The notes under the pieces were generated by a model. That model did not search any database and was not told where the DNA came from. It worked only from the letters and a program-made list of their open reading frames with translations. Both the position numbers and the translations under genes were made by a program. 64,000 nt of DNA from Octopus sinensis (taxonomy: Eukaryota): NCBI RefSeq assembly GCF_006345805.1, contig NC_043000.1, forward strand, positions 76,136,001-76,200,000. The letters run 5' to 3'. Below are positions 1 to 12,374 of the stretch, in pieces. The stretch's first letter is position 1, and each line of letters opens with the position of its first letter.

Positions 1-540
1 ACCACAGCTTCCATGAACGCCATGGAAGCCCCCGACATGCGGCCCAACATGTCCATTGAAATCACCTGCCACGAAGAGAAGGTCACTGTCAACGAGGTAG
101 TCCGCAATAGGGTGTCATAGAATTGGTCTTTTTGTCCTTCCAGTAGCCCTGGTTGAGGGGCATATGCCGAGATGATGGTAGCTGACCTATGGTGAAGCAC
201 TAATCTAATTTTAAGTACTCTGTCACTTACTCTGACTACCTCAATTACCTTATCTACCCATTTCTCCACACGAAGTATACCCACGCCCCCGACCCTGTCA
301 GTGTTCCCTGCCCAGAAAATCTTGTACCTGTGTTCCTTGCCTGTGAGGAGCCTAGCGGAACCTCCTCTCCACCTTACTTCCTGGATGCAGCATAAATCCA
401 CACGTCTCCATTCAAGCAGCTCTACAATCTCTCCAGACCTACCTTTCAATGTGCCAACATTGAGTGTGCCAACTCTGAGGGTGTGGGAGGTGTTGGCCTC
501 TGAGACCCTGGGATGAGGGACAGCCATGTCATGTACATGA
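1..540 (-). mobile_element. RTE-clade LINE, 5' APE endonuclease region (continues off the window)
   Basis: Minus-strand translation gives LRVGTLNVGTLKG...DLCCIQEVRW...GVGI...IISAYAPQ, with AGDFNGHVG after a frameshift. Confidence 0.85.
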
Positions 541-692
541 AAAGAAAGCTTGCATTTGGCAGATTTCATATGGAAACACTAGACTACAACCTGCATACAT
601 TTCACAGTTTTTGCGCTATATGATCAAATAAACCCTACATAGAGGTGTGAGTGGGGGTATACTCGGGGGGGGGGGTAGTCAAGTAAGACAGG

Positions 693-852
693 GGTAGAAA
701 CATCCGGTATTGGTGGAGGGGGTGGGAGGGCGGTAGAAACTTCCGGCATCGGTGGATGGGGTGGGAGGATGGTAGAAACTTCCGGTATCGGTGGGGGTGG
801 TGGGAGGGCGGTAGAAACTTCCGGTATTGGTGGAGGGGGTGGGAGGGCGGGC
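693..852. repeat. G-rich 39-bp minisatellite, about 4 copies
   Basis: Unit ggtagaaacttccggtattggtggagggggtgggagggc. A related unit occurs at about 6445-6478. Confidence 0.85.
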
Positions 853-854
853 GA

Positions 855-1590
855 ACCAACCTCGAAGCAACGATTTTGAATATAATTCGTAGGGAATTCT
901 CTGCAACAGAATTACTGAATTTGAGGGGAAAAATAATTAGATAAATGAAAATCAGAGAGAGACAGCCAGTCAGAGCCTTAGAAGCAAGTAATAAATAAAT
1001 AAATATGATACAATACGAGGGAGAAGAATATTTTGAAGGGGAATGGAATACAGCGAGGACAGCCCTGAAAGTAGAGGAGGAATTTAAAAATGCATGAAGA
1101 AGCCATGTTTAGAAATAAATAGAGAAACGAAGGGGGAGCGGATTAGGGTTACCAATCAAACACTTAAAAATATGAATGAAACAGGTTGAAAGTTAAAGTC
1201 TTAGCTGGCCATTTTTCTGAGAATCCATGTTTTGTCAGGAAGATGCAGTGAGTATGAGGGAGGGAATACGATCGTCCGCTGGTTTATAAAGAGTTAGGGA
1301 TTTCTGTGGGGGGTCAGGAACACGAGGAGAGAGAGAGAGAGAGCAAAGGAGCAACGAGTTTGAATATAATTCGAAGGGAACCAACCTTGAAGCAACGAGT
1401 TTGAATATAATTTGTAGGGAATTCTCTGCAACAAAATTACTGAATTTGAGGGGAAAAATAATTAGATAAATGAAAATCAGAGAGAGACAGCGAGTCAGAG
1501 CCTTAGAAGCAAGTAATAAATAAATAAATACGGTACAATACGAGGGAGAAGAATATTTTGAAGGGGAATGGAATACAGCGAGGATAGCCA
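855..1590. repeat. Unclassified repeat with an internal direct duplication (about 855-1063 vs 1380-1590)
   Basis: Near-identical blocks aaccaacc..gaagcaacga..gggaattctctgcaac..ggaatacagcgagga. Confidence 0.75.
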
Positions 1591-1699
1591 TGCATTTGTA
1601 TATATATTTATGTCTTGCCTATACATCTCTGTATATGTATGTAGCTATGTACATGCGTCTGCATGTTTAGTGTATATATGTATATTATAGATGGTTTGG

Positions 1700-4620
1700 T
1701 ATGTGCATATGGTATGGGTTGGTTGGTTTGACTGAGGTCTGGAATGCTAGCAGGCTCCAATCTGATCTGGCAATGTTTCAACAGCTGAATGTCCTTCCTA
1801 ATGCCAAGCACTCCAAGAGTGTAGTGGGTGCATTTTACATGCCACCAGCACAGGAGCCAGTGAAGAAGGCCTGGCATTGATCACATTCAGATAGTGCTTT
1901 TTACATGCCACAGGCATAGGAGCCAGTCAAGTGACACTGTCATCAGCCACATTCACATGGTACTTTTAACGTGCCATTGGTACAGTCAGGCGTACCTAGT
2001 ATTGACAACGTTCAGATAGTGCATTTTACATACCACAGGCACAGGAGACAGTCAGGGCACGGGCATCAACCACATTCGGATGATGCATGTTACATGCCAC
2101 TGAAACGGGAGCCAGTCAGGGGGAACTGGCCACAGCTACAATTTTGGTTTTACTTGACTCAGCAGGTCTTCTCAAGCATATCATATCGCCCGACACATCA
2201 AGTGTACTTTTAAATGGGCCATACATGCAAAACTGGCATCAGCCATAGCTGCGATCTCACTTTAGTTGCCAGATCTTCTCAATCACAGCTTATCTCCAAA
2301 GGTCTTGGTCTCCTGTCATTGTCTCTGTGAGGCCCAGTGTTCGAAGGTCATGCTTCACCACCTCATCCCATGTCTTCCTGGGTCTATCTCTTCCACAGGC
2401 TGCTTCCACAGTTAGGGTGCGGCACTTCCTCACACAACTGTCCTCATCCATGCATAACACATGAACATACCAGCACAGTCGTCTCTCTTGCAAACCACAT
2501 TTGATGTTGCGTATGTTTGACTTTTCTCTCAGAGTGCTCACATTCTGTCATGTTTGCAAACTGATATTACACATCCAGCAGATCATACTAGCTTCATTTC
2601 TTTCAAGCCAATGCATGTCCTCAGCAGTCATCGCCCATGTTTCACTGCCATGTAGCATGGCAGTTCGCACATGCATCATACAGTCTACCTTTCATCCTGA
2701 GCAAGAGGCTCTTAGTCGCCAGCAGAGGTAGGAGCTCCCTGAACTTTGTCCAGGCTATTCTTATTCTAGCTGCTAAACTCTCAGAGCAACTATCACCACT
2801 ACAGACTTGGTTGCCTATGTAGTAGAAGCTATCAAGTACATCTAGTTTTTCCCCTTGGCATGTGATGGAATCTGTTTTCTGTACATTTTCAGTGTTTATT
2901 GCCCTACGCATCTGCCACACACAAAAACTATCTTCCCAATTAACTTTCTTTTGATATTGCTGCAACTTTTATGTGTCCATAGCTTACACTGGATACATCA
3001 TATGGCGTTTCTACCCATGCCTTTTCTACAGATTGAGCAGAGCCATCTACCTGAAGGGTTTTGTGATTTATCAGCCTTCCTACATACTAAGACTTTGGTT
3101 TTTGCTAGGTTAACCCTAAGGCCCTTTGATTCTAGACCATGCTTCCACACCCTAAACTTCGTCTCTACTTCTGGTAGTGACTCGGCTATTAGAGCAAGGT
3201 CATCAGCATAGAGGAGCACACAGGGGCAGCCTATCTTAAATTCCTCTGTTATTGCCTGGAGGACTATGATGAATAAGGTGCTGAGGACTGATCCTCGGCG
3301 AAACCCTAGTTCTATCCGGAATTCTTCAATATACTCATTGCCAACCCTCACCTTACTGAGAGCATCCCTGTACAGCTCTTACCAACCACTCATCTATCCC
3401 CAGTTTCCACAGTGACCACCAAATAAGGGATCGAGACACCTTGTCAAAGGCTTTCTCCAAGTCACCAAAAGCCAAGTACAGAGGTTTATCTATGGCTAGA
3501 TATTTCTCCTGCTTTACCAGAAATATAGCAACAGTGGTGCTTCTGCCTGACACAAAACCAAACTGCATCTTATCCAGGCTAACTCTCTCTGTAATTAGTT
3601 GGGTTATGACCCTCTCTGTAACTCTCATCACCTGACACAATAATTTGATACCCCTGTAGTTATTTTTATCTAAAGAATCACCTTTACCTTTGTAGCAGTT
3701 GACTATGGTGCTGCTAAACCAGTGATTGAGTATGACTCCTTCGTGAACTACCTGATTTACGATGCAGGTGGCAAGACCATAACCCACACCACCTGATATC
3801 TTAAGCATCTCAGAGATGATTCCTGATGGGCTACGTGCTTTCTGTCTTCATATCCTTAATTGCTTTATCTACCACGGTACTGTCAATTCGGGTAGCTGGT
3901 CCATCAATTGGGTCAACCTTTGGCAGACTCTCCTCCTCCCATTCATTTTCCACATTCAACAGTCTTTCACAATGGCAACTCCAAGCCTGTTTCTTTGCAG
4001 AACCATTAAAGGTAAGGCCACAATCATCCATGCAGACACATTTCCCTCCTATGACATCATGGTTTTCTCTCACACACTGTTTTGCAATCCGAAATACTTC
4101 AGTTCTTTGGTCATCATGTTGCTACTCCCTTTCCTACTACCTGTTTCCTAGCTACCCCAACTCTTCCAGGCCTGTTTCTTGCTCTAATAGCCCTGTCTAC
4201 TGTACTGTTCCACCACCATGTTACTCTAGATCTGGAAGGGACTTTGCACCAGCCACAGATTTGGTTGTGGCACTCAGCAAGCTGTCCTGCAGGAATTCCC
4301 AGCTGCCACAGGACTGTAGCTCCTCTTCCCTCTCATCAAATTTCTCAGTAAGGATATCCCTAAATCTCTGACCATGTGAAGGGTTCTTAAGCTTCCAAGT
4401 CCTTCTTTTCCAAATTGGTCTGCCTTTTGGCATCCTTCTGGCCTCAAGTCCAAAGTCATTAATAACTAGTCTATGCTGGGGAGTACATTCTTCACTAGGG
4501 AGGGTCTTTGTATTTGAGAGCAACCATGCATCCTACAGTCTAGTGAGAATGAAATCAATCAGGCTAGCAGAGTCACCTGACTGATAGGTTATTAAGTGGC
4601 TGGCTGGCTTCCTGAAGTTG
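1700..4620 (-). mobile_element. Degenerate RTE-clade LINE: end of APE, RT with PHD-like insert, and 3' UTR with about 57-bp tandem repeats
   Basis: Motifs QHRLVIND, NYRGIKLL, QFGFVSGRSTT, DLEKAFDKV, LLYADD, LRVNLAKTK and GRDRPRKTW, broken by several stops and frameshifts. Confidence 0.92.
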
Positions 4621-5567
4621 GCCCACACCCCCTATTCCATCACTGTTACCTTCCTAAAAGAGTTTATACCTATGTGCTTTGCCTGTGAGGACTCTGGCTG
4701 AAGCTCCTCTCCACCTTACCTCTTGTATGTAACATACATCAACATGTCTCTGTTCAAGCATCTCTACAATCTTAAGGAAGTATTGTATATGAAAGTGTTT
4801 GGGGCATTGTAAATATATGTTATGAACATTGTGGTTGTTAGCAGATATACATATTAAAAAATTTTTTAAAAGAGAGAGAGAGAGAGGGTAAGTGTGCTGC
4901 TATCTGCTTTAGTTAGTCCTGAGATGGGGGGAGAAAGGAGGGGGCGGCAAGATAATCAATATAAAAGGAGAGAGGAGAGGAGCAACTGGGTGTCCGGTAA
5001 GAGAAAGAGATTTCCAGTATTGGTGGTGGGAGTGGGAAAGGGTGGGTGCAACTATGAACATGAAAATGTTTATGAAAGCAGCCAAGAAACAAAGTTAGTT
5101 ATTGCATGAGCAGAACAAAAAAGAAAGAATTAGTTTAGGGAATGAATGAATGAGGTGCTTAAAAACAAGAGAAATTCTTAGCTTAGCTATGCATATTTTT
5201 GAGTGTCATCAAATGGCCAAACACATGGAATAAACAACCGAATGTCTGAGAGAGGGGTGTAACAGGTGTGGAGGCGACAGCTGGATATGGACAAAGATGG
5301 CAGACTTGCACTAAGCTTGTAAGAGGAATAGCAGGGAGTAATCACTGCAACAAGAAATAAGATACAGACAGGAAAGAAATTATCTTAGCGAACGGTACAA
5401 AATACGTATATGTGTAGTCAAGAAACAAGGAAAGGGATTATTATTTTAGAGGGAGAGATTGCATATTTGAAAGTTTTTTGATGAATTAATATAAATGTTT
5501 ATATAGTTGACAAAAGCAACCACTGACATGCAAAAGTCATTTTAAGGGGTAGAGAAAACAAGAAAGA

Positions 5568-5569
<2 letters not shown>

Positions 5570-5612
<43 letters not shown>

Positions 5613-5856
5613 TAAAATATATACATATATATATAATACATACATATATACATAATATATATATAATGTATATACATATATACATATATAAAAAATATAC
5701 ATATATATATAAAATATATACATATATATATAATACATACATATATACATAATATATATATATAAAACACAATACATATATACATAATATATATATAAAA
5801 CATATATATATATAAAACATACATATATACATAATATATATATATAAAACATACAT
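5570..5856. repeat. Compound (TA)n/(CATA)n microsatellite
   Basis: Seen directly; it produces the spurious YIYI-type ORFs. Confidence 0.95.
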
Positions 5857-6120
5857 ATCATCATCATCATCATCATCGTTTAACATCCGTTTTCCGCGCT
5901 AGCACGGGTTGGACGGTTCGACCGGGGTCTGGGAAGCCAGGGCCCGCTCCAGGCTCCAATCTGATCTGGCAGAGTTTCTATGGCTGGATGCCCTTCCTAA
6001 CCCCAACCACTCCGTGAGTGGAGTGGGTGCTTTTTACGTGCCACCTGCACAGGGGCCAGGGGGTCCGGCATCGGTCACGATCGGTTCGAGCTTTTTAACG
6101 TGCCCGCGGCACGGGGGCAA
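5857..6120 (-). mobile_element. RTE 3' end fragment with (GAT)n tail
   Basis: (cat)n-cgtttaacatccgttttcc..ggttggacgg matches the RTE-type 3' ends at 36763 and 32774. Confidence 0.8.
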
Positions 6121-6478
6121 CAGGGATCCGGGGTACTTGGAATGGGTGGGGGTGGGGAAGGTTGGGGGGGTAAGGAGGAACGATGGCAGGAAGGGTTGGT
6201 GCAGGTTCGTAAGAAATAAAAACGTAGGATAATTACGAGGCGGGGAGGGGACTGGAAGGAGATAGTCGGATTGAGGCAGTGTCAGATTCAAAACAGGAGG
6301 AAGCGTAAGATCAGTGGGCGGTTGAAGAGCTGTGACACTAGTAGCTTGTCTTTTCACAGTGAAAGCATATGAGGAGAAGGGGTAGGAAGGGGTGGTGGGG
6401 GAGGAGGAGGAAGTATCCGGTGTAGATGGTGAGAACAGTGTTCACCGGTATTGGTAGTGGGGGGTGGGAGGGCGGGTG

Positions 6479-6817
6479 CACCGCGCATTGGGAGAAGATG
6501 AGGTTTTAGGCGGCAGAAAGAAGACAGGATTGAGATGAAATGCTTTGCGGTGGTGTGAATAAGTTTTTGTGAGTGAAAGTTTTTATGCTTCAGCTAGCAT
6601 TTGTGACGAAAGACAACGATAACGCTATTAGATGGGGATACAATAATAATAAGGCTTGTAAAAACAATGAAAAGAGGAAACAGGTCGGGAACTTAGCTGA
6701 TGTTTTTCATCCTGCGGTATTGGCTAAGCCTGTGGAAGCGAGTGAAGGTGAGATATATACCGAGAGAGAGAGAGACAGTGAAAACAGAGGGAGAACCGAC
6801 ACCACATAGCGAGAGAG

Positions 6818-6859
<42 letters not shown>

Positions 6860-7231
6860 GTGACACCGCGCATTGGGAGAAGATGAGGTTTTAGGCGGCA
6901 GAAAGAAGACAGGATTGAGATGAAATGCTTTGCGGTGGTGTGAATAAGTTTTTGTGAGTGAAAGTTTTTATGCTTCAGCTAGCATTTGTGAAGAAAGACA
7001 ACGATAACGCTAATATATGGGGATACAATAATAATAAGGCTTGCAAAAACAATGAAAAGAGGAAACAGGTCGGGAACTTAGCTGATGTTTTTCATCCTGC
7101 GGTATTGGCTAAGCCTGTGGAAGCGAGTGAAGGTGAGATATATACCGAGAGAGAGAGAGAGAGAGACAGTGAAAACAGAGGGAGAACCGACACCACATAG
7201 CGAGAGAGAGAGAGAGAGAGACATAGTGACA

Positions 7232-7236
<5 letters not shown>
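6479..7236. repeat. Tandem duplication with a period of about 385 bp and a (GA)n tract
   Basis: caccgcgcattgggagaagatgagg recurs at about 6479 and 6864, and a third start is truncated at about 7230. Confidence 0.9.
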
Positions 7237-7297
<61 letters not shown>

Positions 7298-7524
7298 GTC
7301 TTGACTCTCAAGACTATTGAAAAGGTTGCAAGATGCAACGAAAATTTTAGGAAGATAAAAAAGAAATAAGTGGAAATTTTACCGGTGAGTATAAGGCACC
7401 AAAAGAGAATGACTCTCCCCAGACACAACAGAATATACTTTCACACATGAACTTACATAAAGAATCTTGCAAACCAAATCCAAAAACGAAATATATATAT
7501 TATAAACATATATACATACATATA

Positions 7525-7977
7525 TATATGGTGTGTTATGTGAATTTATGAAAGGAATCCCATAAAACTCAACAAATTTGTTAAAAATGGAGAAGGGAAG
7601 ATGTTAAAATTTAAGAGAATTTTAATTCATGCTGATGATCATTTCGAACAGAGATAACAAAATCATGCAAATTCATGGTTGAATAGAAATAATCAAATTA
7701 ATAAAAATCAAATTAATTATATATCACTGTTTTCTTCAGTGCAATTTTTGGTTTATATTTCTTGCACTGAAAAGAACAGTGATATATAATTAATTTAATT
7801 TAATTTAATTATTTCTATTCAACCATGACTTTGCATGGTTATAATATTGCTGTTTGAAACGATCGTCTGCATGAATTATAATTCTCTTAAATTTTAATAT
7901 CTTCTCTTCTCTATTTTTAGCAAATTTGTTGAGTTTTATGGGATTCCTTTCCATAAATTCACATAACACAACATATA
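7525..7977. repeat. Long imperfect palindrome with arms of about 215 bp and a 17-nt loop at 7745-7761
   Basis: gtgttatgtgaatttatgaaaggaatcccataaaactcaacaaatttg at the left end is mirrored at the right end. The centre reads cactgttttcttcagtgcaa-loop-ttgcactgaaaagaacagtg. Confidence 0.92.
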
Positions 7978-8104
7978 CAAGTATTATTCTCATATTCACA
8001 AACTTATGCCAGTAAGCTACCAGAAAAATATGAAGAATCTATATTAGAAATCTGTTTTGGAATCCTCCAAATTAAAGGATGAAATATAATTCAACCTTTT
8101 CACA

Positions 8105-9720
8105 CATATTTTATACATATATGGCTAGACAGTTGCAAGAGAAGTGCATTGAACAGGATATAGACTTATACCAGTTTTCATTGACCTAATAAAAGCGTTT
8201 GATTCTATCAATATACTTGCAGTTTGGGAGATCATAAAAAAGCTAGGATGCCCTCAAAAATTTGTGGGAATGCTTAGACAATTTCATGACAAGATGGAAG
8301 TGAGAATTAATGTTGGAGGCATCTTATCAGATCCAATTTCTGTAGAAAATGGTGTAAAGCAAGGTGATATTCCTGCTCTTACACTGTTTGCTATATATTT
8401 CACAATAATCTTTCAAATAGCTTTTAAGGGGTCTTCAATCTCAAAAGACTCTGTGCCAAAACAAAAGTTCTGCATTCTCACCTTGTTAAGTTTCTGTATG
8501 CAGATGACTGTGACCTGTTGGCACATTCTCAGAAAGATATGCAGCACATGGTGAATACAATTTCTGCAGCATGTGCCGCATTGGGTCTAACAATCAATCT
8601 AAAAAAAACTGTTATAATGTACTACCTTACTCCCTCCAAGATGTATGTGGAACCTTTTATAACTGTGAATGGTCAAAGGTTGGAAACTGTACCTAGATTT
8701 ATTTATTTAGGAAGTACCTTGAGCATTACTGGACTTGATGAAAATTCATACAGAATCAGCAAGGCTAGTAGTGCTTTTGGTAGACTTGATAAGTGTTTGT
8801 GGAAACAACATAATATATCTTCACAAATTAAAGTTAAGGTATGTAACACATGTGTCTTCCCATCTTTGCTATATGGAAGTGAGGCATAGGTTGTTTACCA
8901 TAGGCAGGTAAGGTAATTGGAATGATTTCATCAATACTGTCTGAGAAAAATTTTGGAGATAAACTGGAAAATGGCCATTAGTAATGTGGAGGTGCTTGAG
9001 AGGAGTGGCAGTAGAAGTATAGAGTCAATGATTTTGCAAAGACGTTTGAAGTGGAAGGGGGGGGGGTATTTGGTAAGGATGAACGACTGCCCAAGCAGCT
9101 ATTGTATGGAAGATGGCAGGAGACCAGTGCATAAGCCTAAACTAAGGCTTAAGGATTGCTTTAACAATGCTCTAATACAGACAGGAATTGCAGCTGGTAA
9201 TTGGGAGAAGGAGACACAAGACCGTGATGGATGGAGGAAGATAGTGCATGATGGTTGTTCAAGTTTTGAGAGGGAGAGAGTGAAGTATGAGAGAAATGGG
9301 AGTGGGCTTAGGAGTAGGGAACCTGTGGAAAGTGAGTTTAGCTTTTTATGTGTGTGGTTTGTGGGCAGAGTCATGCAGGCCTGGTTAGCCATCAAAATTC
9401 TTATAGAAATCGACCCATGATAAACAATGATATGGCTATAAAAATTCATAACAGAAAGTGTGTAAAATGTGGAAAGGTGTGCCTCTCAGTTGGAGGTCTA
9501 AAAAGACATGTTAATAGAGTGCATATGGTAGCACCTGTTTCTTCTGCTAGCCAGCACAGTTGTCTAGTATGTAATAAAATGTGTAAAAGTTGTCTAGTAT
9601 GTAATAAAATGTGTAAAAGTTTGACCGAGCTTAAAAGGGCATCACATGGCAACAATCATGAATCATTTCAGTAAGTCTTCTTGGCAATGACTTTTCTCAT
9701 GTAACAAGGATGCAGCTGTG
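8105..9720 (+). mobile_element. 5'-truncated RTE/BovB-like LINE with C-terminal zinc-finger motifs
   Basis: FIDLIKAFDSI, GVKQGD, LYADD (frameshifted), LTINLKKT, FIYLGS and LLYGSEA. Followed by CVKCGKVCLSVGGLKRHVNRVH. Confidence 0.88.
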
Positions 9721-9733
9721 ATATATATATATA

Positions 9734-11430
9734 CACTTGCGTCGGAAATTAATTAGCACTTCTCAAATTTCTACATTTTCTTACATTTTCTTAATTTAAT
9801 TAACTTATTATCTGAAACGAACTCGTTTTTAATCAAAAATTTATTAAAACATATCCCAGCACACCACATAATTGTTATTAATCGTGAAATTTAGTCAATA
9901 TTTTGTTGCTCCTCCTTTGGCAGCAATGACAGCTGCTACGCGGGTCAGCATGCTGTCTATGAGTGCCTGCAGGTACTGTGCAGGGATGGCTCCCCATGCA
10001 GCAAGAAGTGCCCCAAACAGCTCGTGTCGGTTCCTGTATTGTTGCACATTCAAATCCCTACCCAATCGACTCCAGAGGTTCTCAATAGGGTTCAGGTCAG
10101 GTGACTGGCCAGGCCAGTCCATGACCGTCACCCCATGGTCCTTGAAGAAACCGGTTGTGAGCTTGGCTGTGTGGGAAGGCGCATTGTCCTGCTGGAGCAG
10201 TACTCCTCGCCACCAAAGAGGTATCCCGTACTATCTCAACGTACTTTGCTGCGTTGATGTTGCCTTCGACGGCATAGAGCCGCCCAACACCACTGTAGCT
10301 GAATGCCCCTCACACCATCAGACCACCCCCACCTTGCTTCATGGTGGGAGCAATGCAGTCTTTGTTGAAGCGCTCACCCCTGCAGCGTTGCACATGGACA
10401 AGCTTGTCACTGACGAGACTGAATCGCGACTCGTCAGTGAACATCACTGTCCGCCACTGCTGCACGGTCCATGTCTTGTGGGCACAGGCCCAGAGCAGCC
10501 GCCTCTTCCGGTTTTGGGCTGTAAGGAGCGGCTTACGGGTGGCCCTACAGGATTTTAGACCAGCTTCCAGTAATCTGGTCTTGACGGTGGTTGTAGACAA
10601 CTGCTTCCCTGTCATCTTTTGCATCTCCTCCGCCAGTTGCCGGCTCGTTACCCTTCGGTTGTACAGTGACTTTCGGATCAGCATCCGGTCCTCCCGCTGG
10701 GTCGTCAGCCTCTTCCGTCCCCTACCCTTTTTGTCAGCTGCTGATCCAGTTTCTTCGTATTTCTTAAATAAGCACTGAATTGTGCGCCTGGCTACACCAA
10801 GTTTTCTGGCTATTGCAACCTCCGACAGCTTCCCACGCCACGAGAGAGCCTCGTTCCGTCTCTCCAAGGTCATGCGAGGTCTTGGGCCCATCTAGGAATG
10901 AACGATAAAAACCAGTTATTTTCATTAAAACTATTCATTTGAATAATGTTATGCTATAACAAAACTGCTATGAGTTATTATTCATTAAACAAAAAAGAAA
11001 GAAGGCAGAATTTCTCACCTTATTTGATGTATAACAGAAAGTTTTGTGAACAGGAAGTGACATCACCAAGCAGAGTGTAGGAGAATTTGTGAGGAAAAAA
11101 AATCTTGCAAATACACAAATCAATTAACCTACAAGCTGTTCAAAACGTCTTACGCTATGAGAAAACTTAGTACGGTGTGATTCCGGTCCTTGCGAGGCGC
11201 TACCTATATCTATTAAACAAAGGAAGATTTGTCTGCATCCGCACTCCAAGTTGTTGTTGCACTGCTATGTCAACATCATTAGGCTGTAGACTCTCAAACC
11301 GCTCTGCAAACAAAGTTACGTCATCGTTCTGCGCAACAGTGAACTTGCAACGAGATATGGCCACTAGGTGACAGCAAATACCTTGAGTGAAGAGCAAATC
11401 AAGGGTGCTAATTAATTTCTGACGGTAGTG
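9734..11430 (-). mobile_element. Tc1-family (DD34E) DNA transposon, full length, disrupted transposase at 10891-9895
   Basis: TIRs of about 26 bp (cacttgcgtcggaaattaattagcac / gtgctaattaatttctgacggtagtg) with TA TSDs. HTH, GRKR and FTDES motifs present, and QDNAPSH..SPDLNPIE gives 34-residue D-E spacing. TGA replaces Trp at 10310. Confidence 0.95.
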
Positions 11431-12374
11431 TATATAGCTCTTGGGAATAAGTATCCTACTCATTTTGTTTATTTTGTTTTATCTTTGGTATAATACTGGA
11501 TGAAAATTTGAGTTAAGACATATTGTTTGTTTACATTCTATTTGAAAATTTACGGCAGCAAATTCGTTACGCAACCTTTTCTTTACATTTTATCACAATC
11601 ATTTTGCACTTAACTTTTTCTTACAGTAACCTCATCATTTACATTCTATTTGAAAAATTTACAGTAGCCAATTCATAACGAACACTCTTTCTTTTCACTA
11701 TCATTTTTTCACAGCAGCCCTCTCCATCTGTACCTTTTGTTTTTCTCTTCTTTCATATCTTCATTACCTGCTCCTCCCCTCTCTCCTTCCTTTCATATCT
11801 TCCTCCTTTTCCCACTTCTCTCTCCCTCCTTTTGTCTTGCTTTACACCTACCCCTCTCCCTCTCTCTTTCATATCTTCCTCCTTTTCTCATCTCTCTCCC
11901 TCATTCTGTCTCTCCCTCCATCTACTGCTCTCCCTCTGTTTCATACCTCCCACTTTTTCTTTCCTCTCCCTCCCTTTCATATCTTCCTCTTTTTCTCACT
12001 TCTCTCTACTGCTTTGGCCTGGTTTTCTACAGCTGGATGCCCTTCTTAATGCCAACTACTTTACAGAATGGGCTGGGTGCTTTTTATCCAGTCCACTTAC
12101 TGTTATATGTTTTAAATCAAAAGATCTCTGCATTTTTACTAAATCACCCTTCAATGTCTTGCTTTTGTATGTGTATATAAGAGAGGGATGTGTGAGTGTG
12201 TGTGTGCGTGCGTATGTGTGTGCACGCAAATGTCCCTGATATAAAAATCAACACAAAGACTAATTGTTTACTTATTACGTTACTTTTTGAAAATAAGCTA
12301 TGAAATAAGATGAAAATGCATTTTCCCCCAATAATGTGTTTATAAATTTATATACACCATATGTATACATGCTT

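Noticed and set aside
5499-5886. ORFs rich in Y/I/C/M (also 7078, 17059, 32161-32538, 59553-59921)
   Set aside because: They are translations of TA/CA microsatellites.
9872-10558. 228-aa plus-strand ORF
   Set aside because: It is the antisense shadow of the GC-rich Tc1 transposase and has no motifs of its own.
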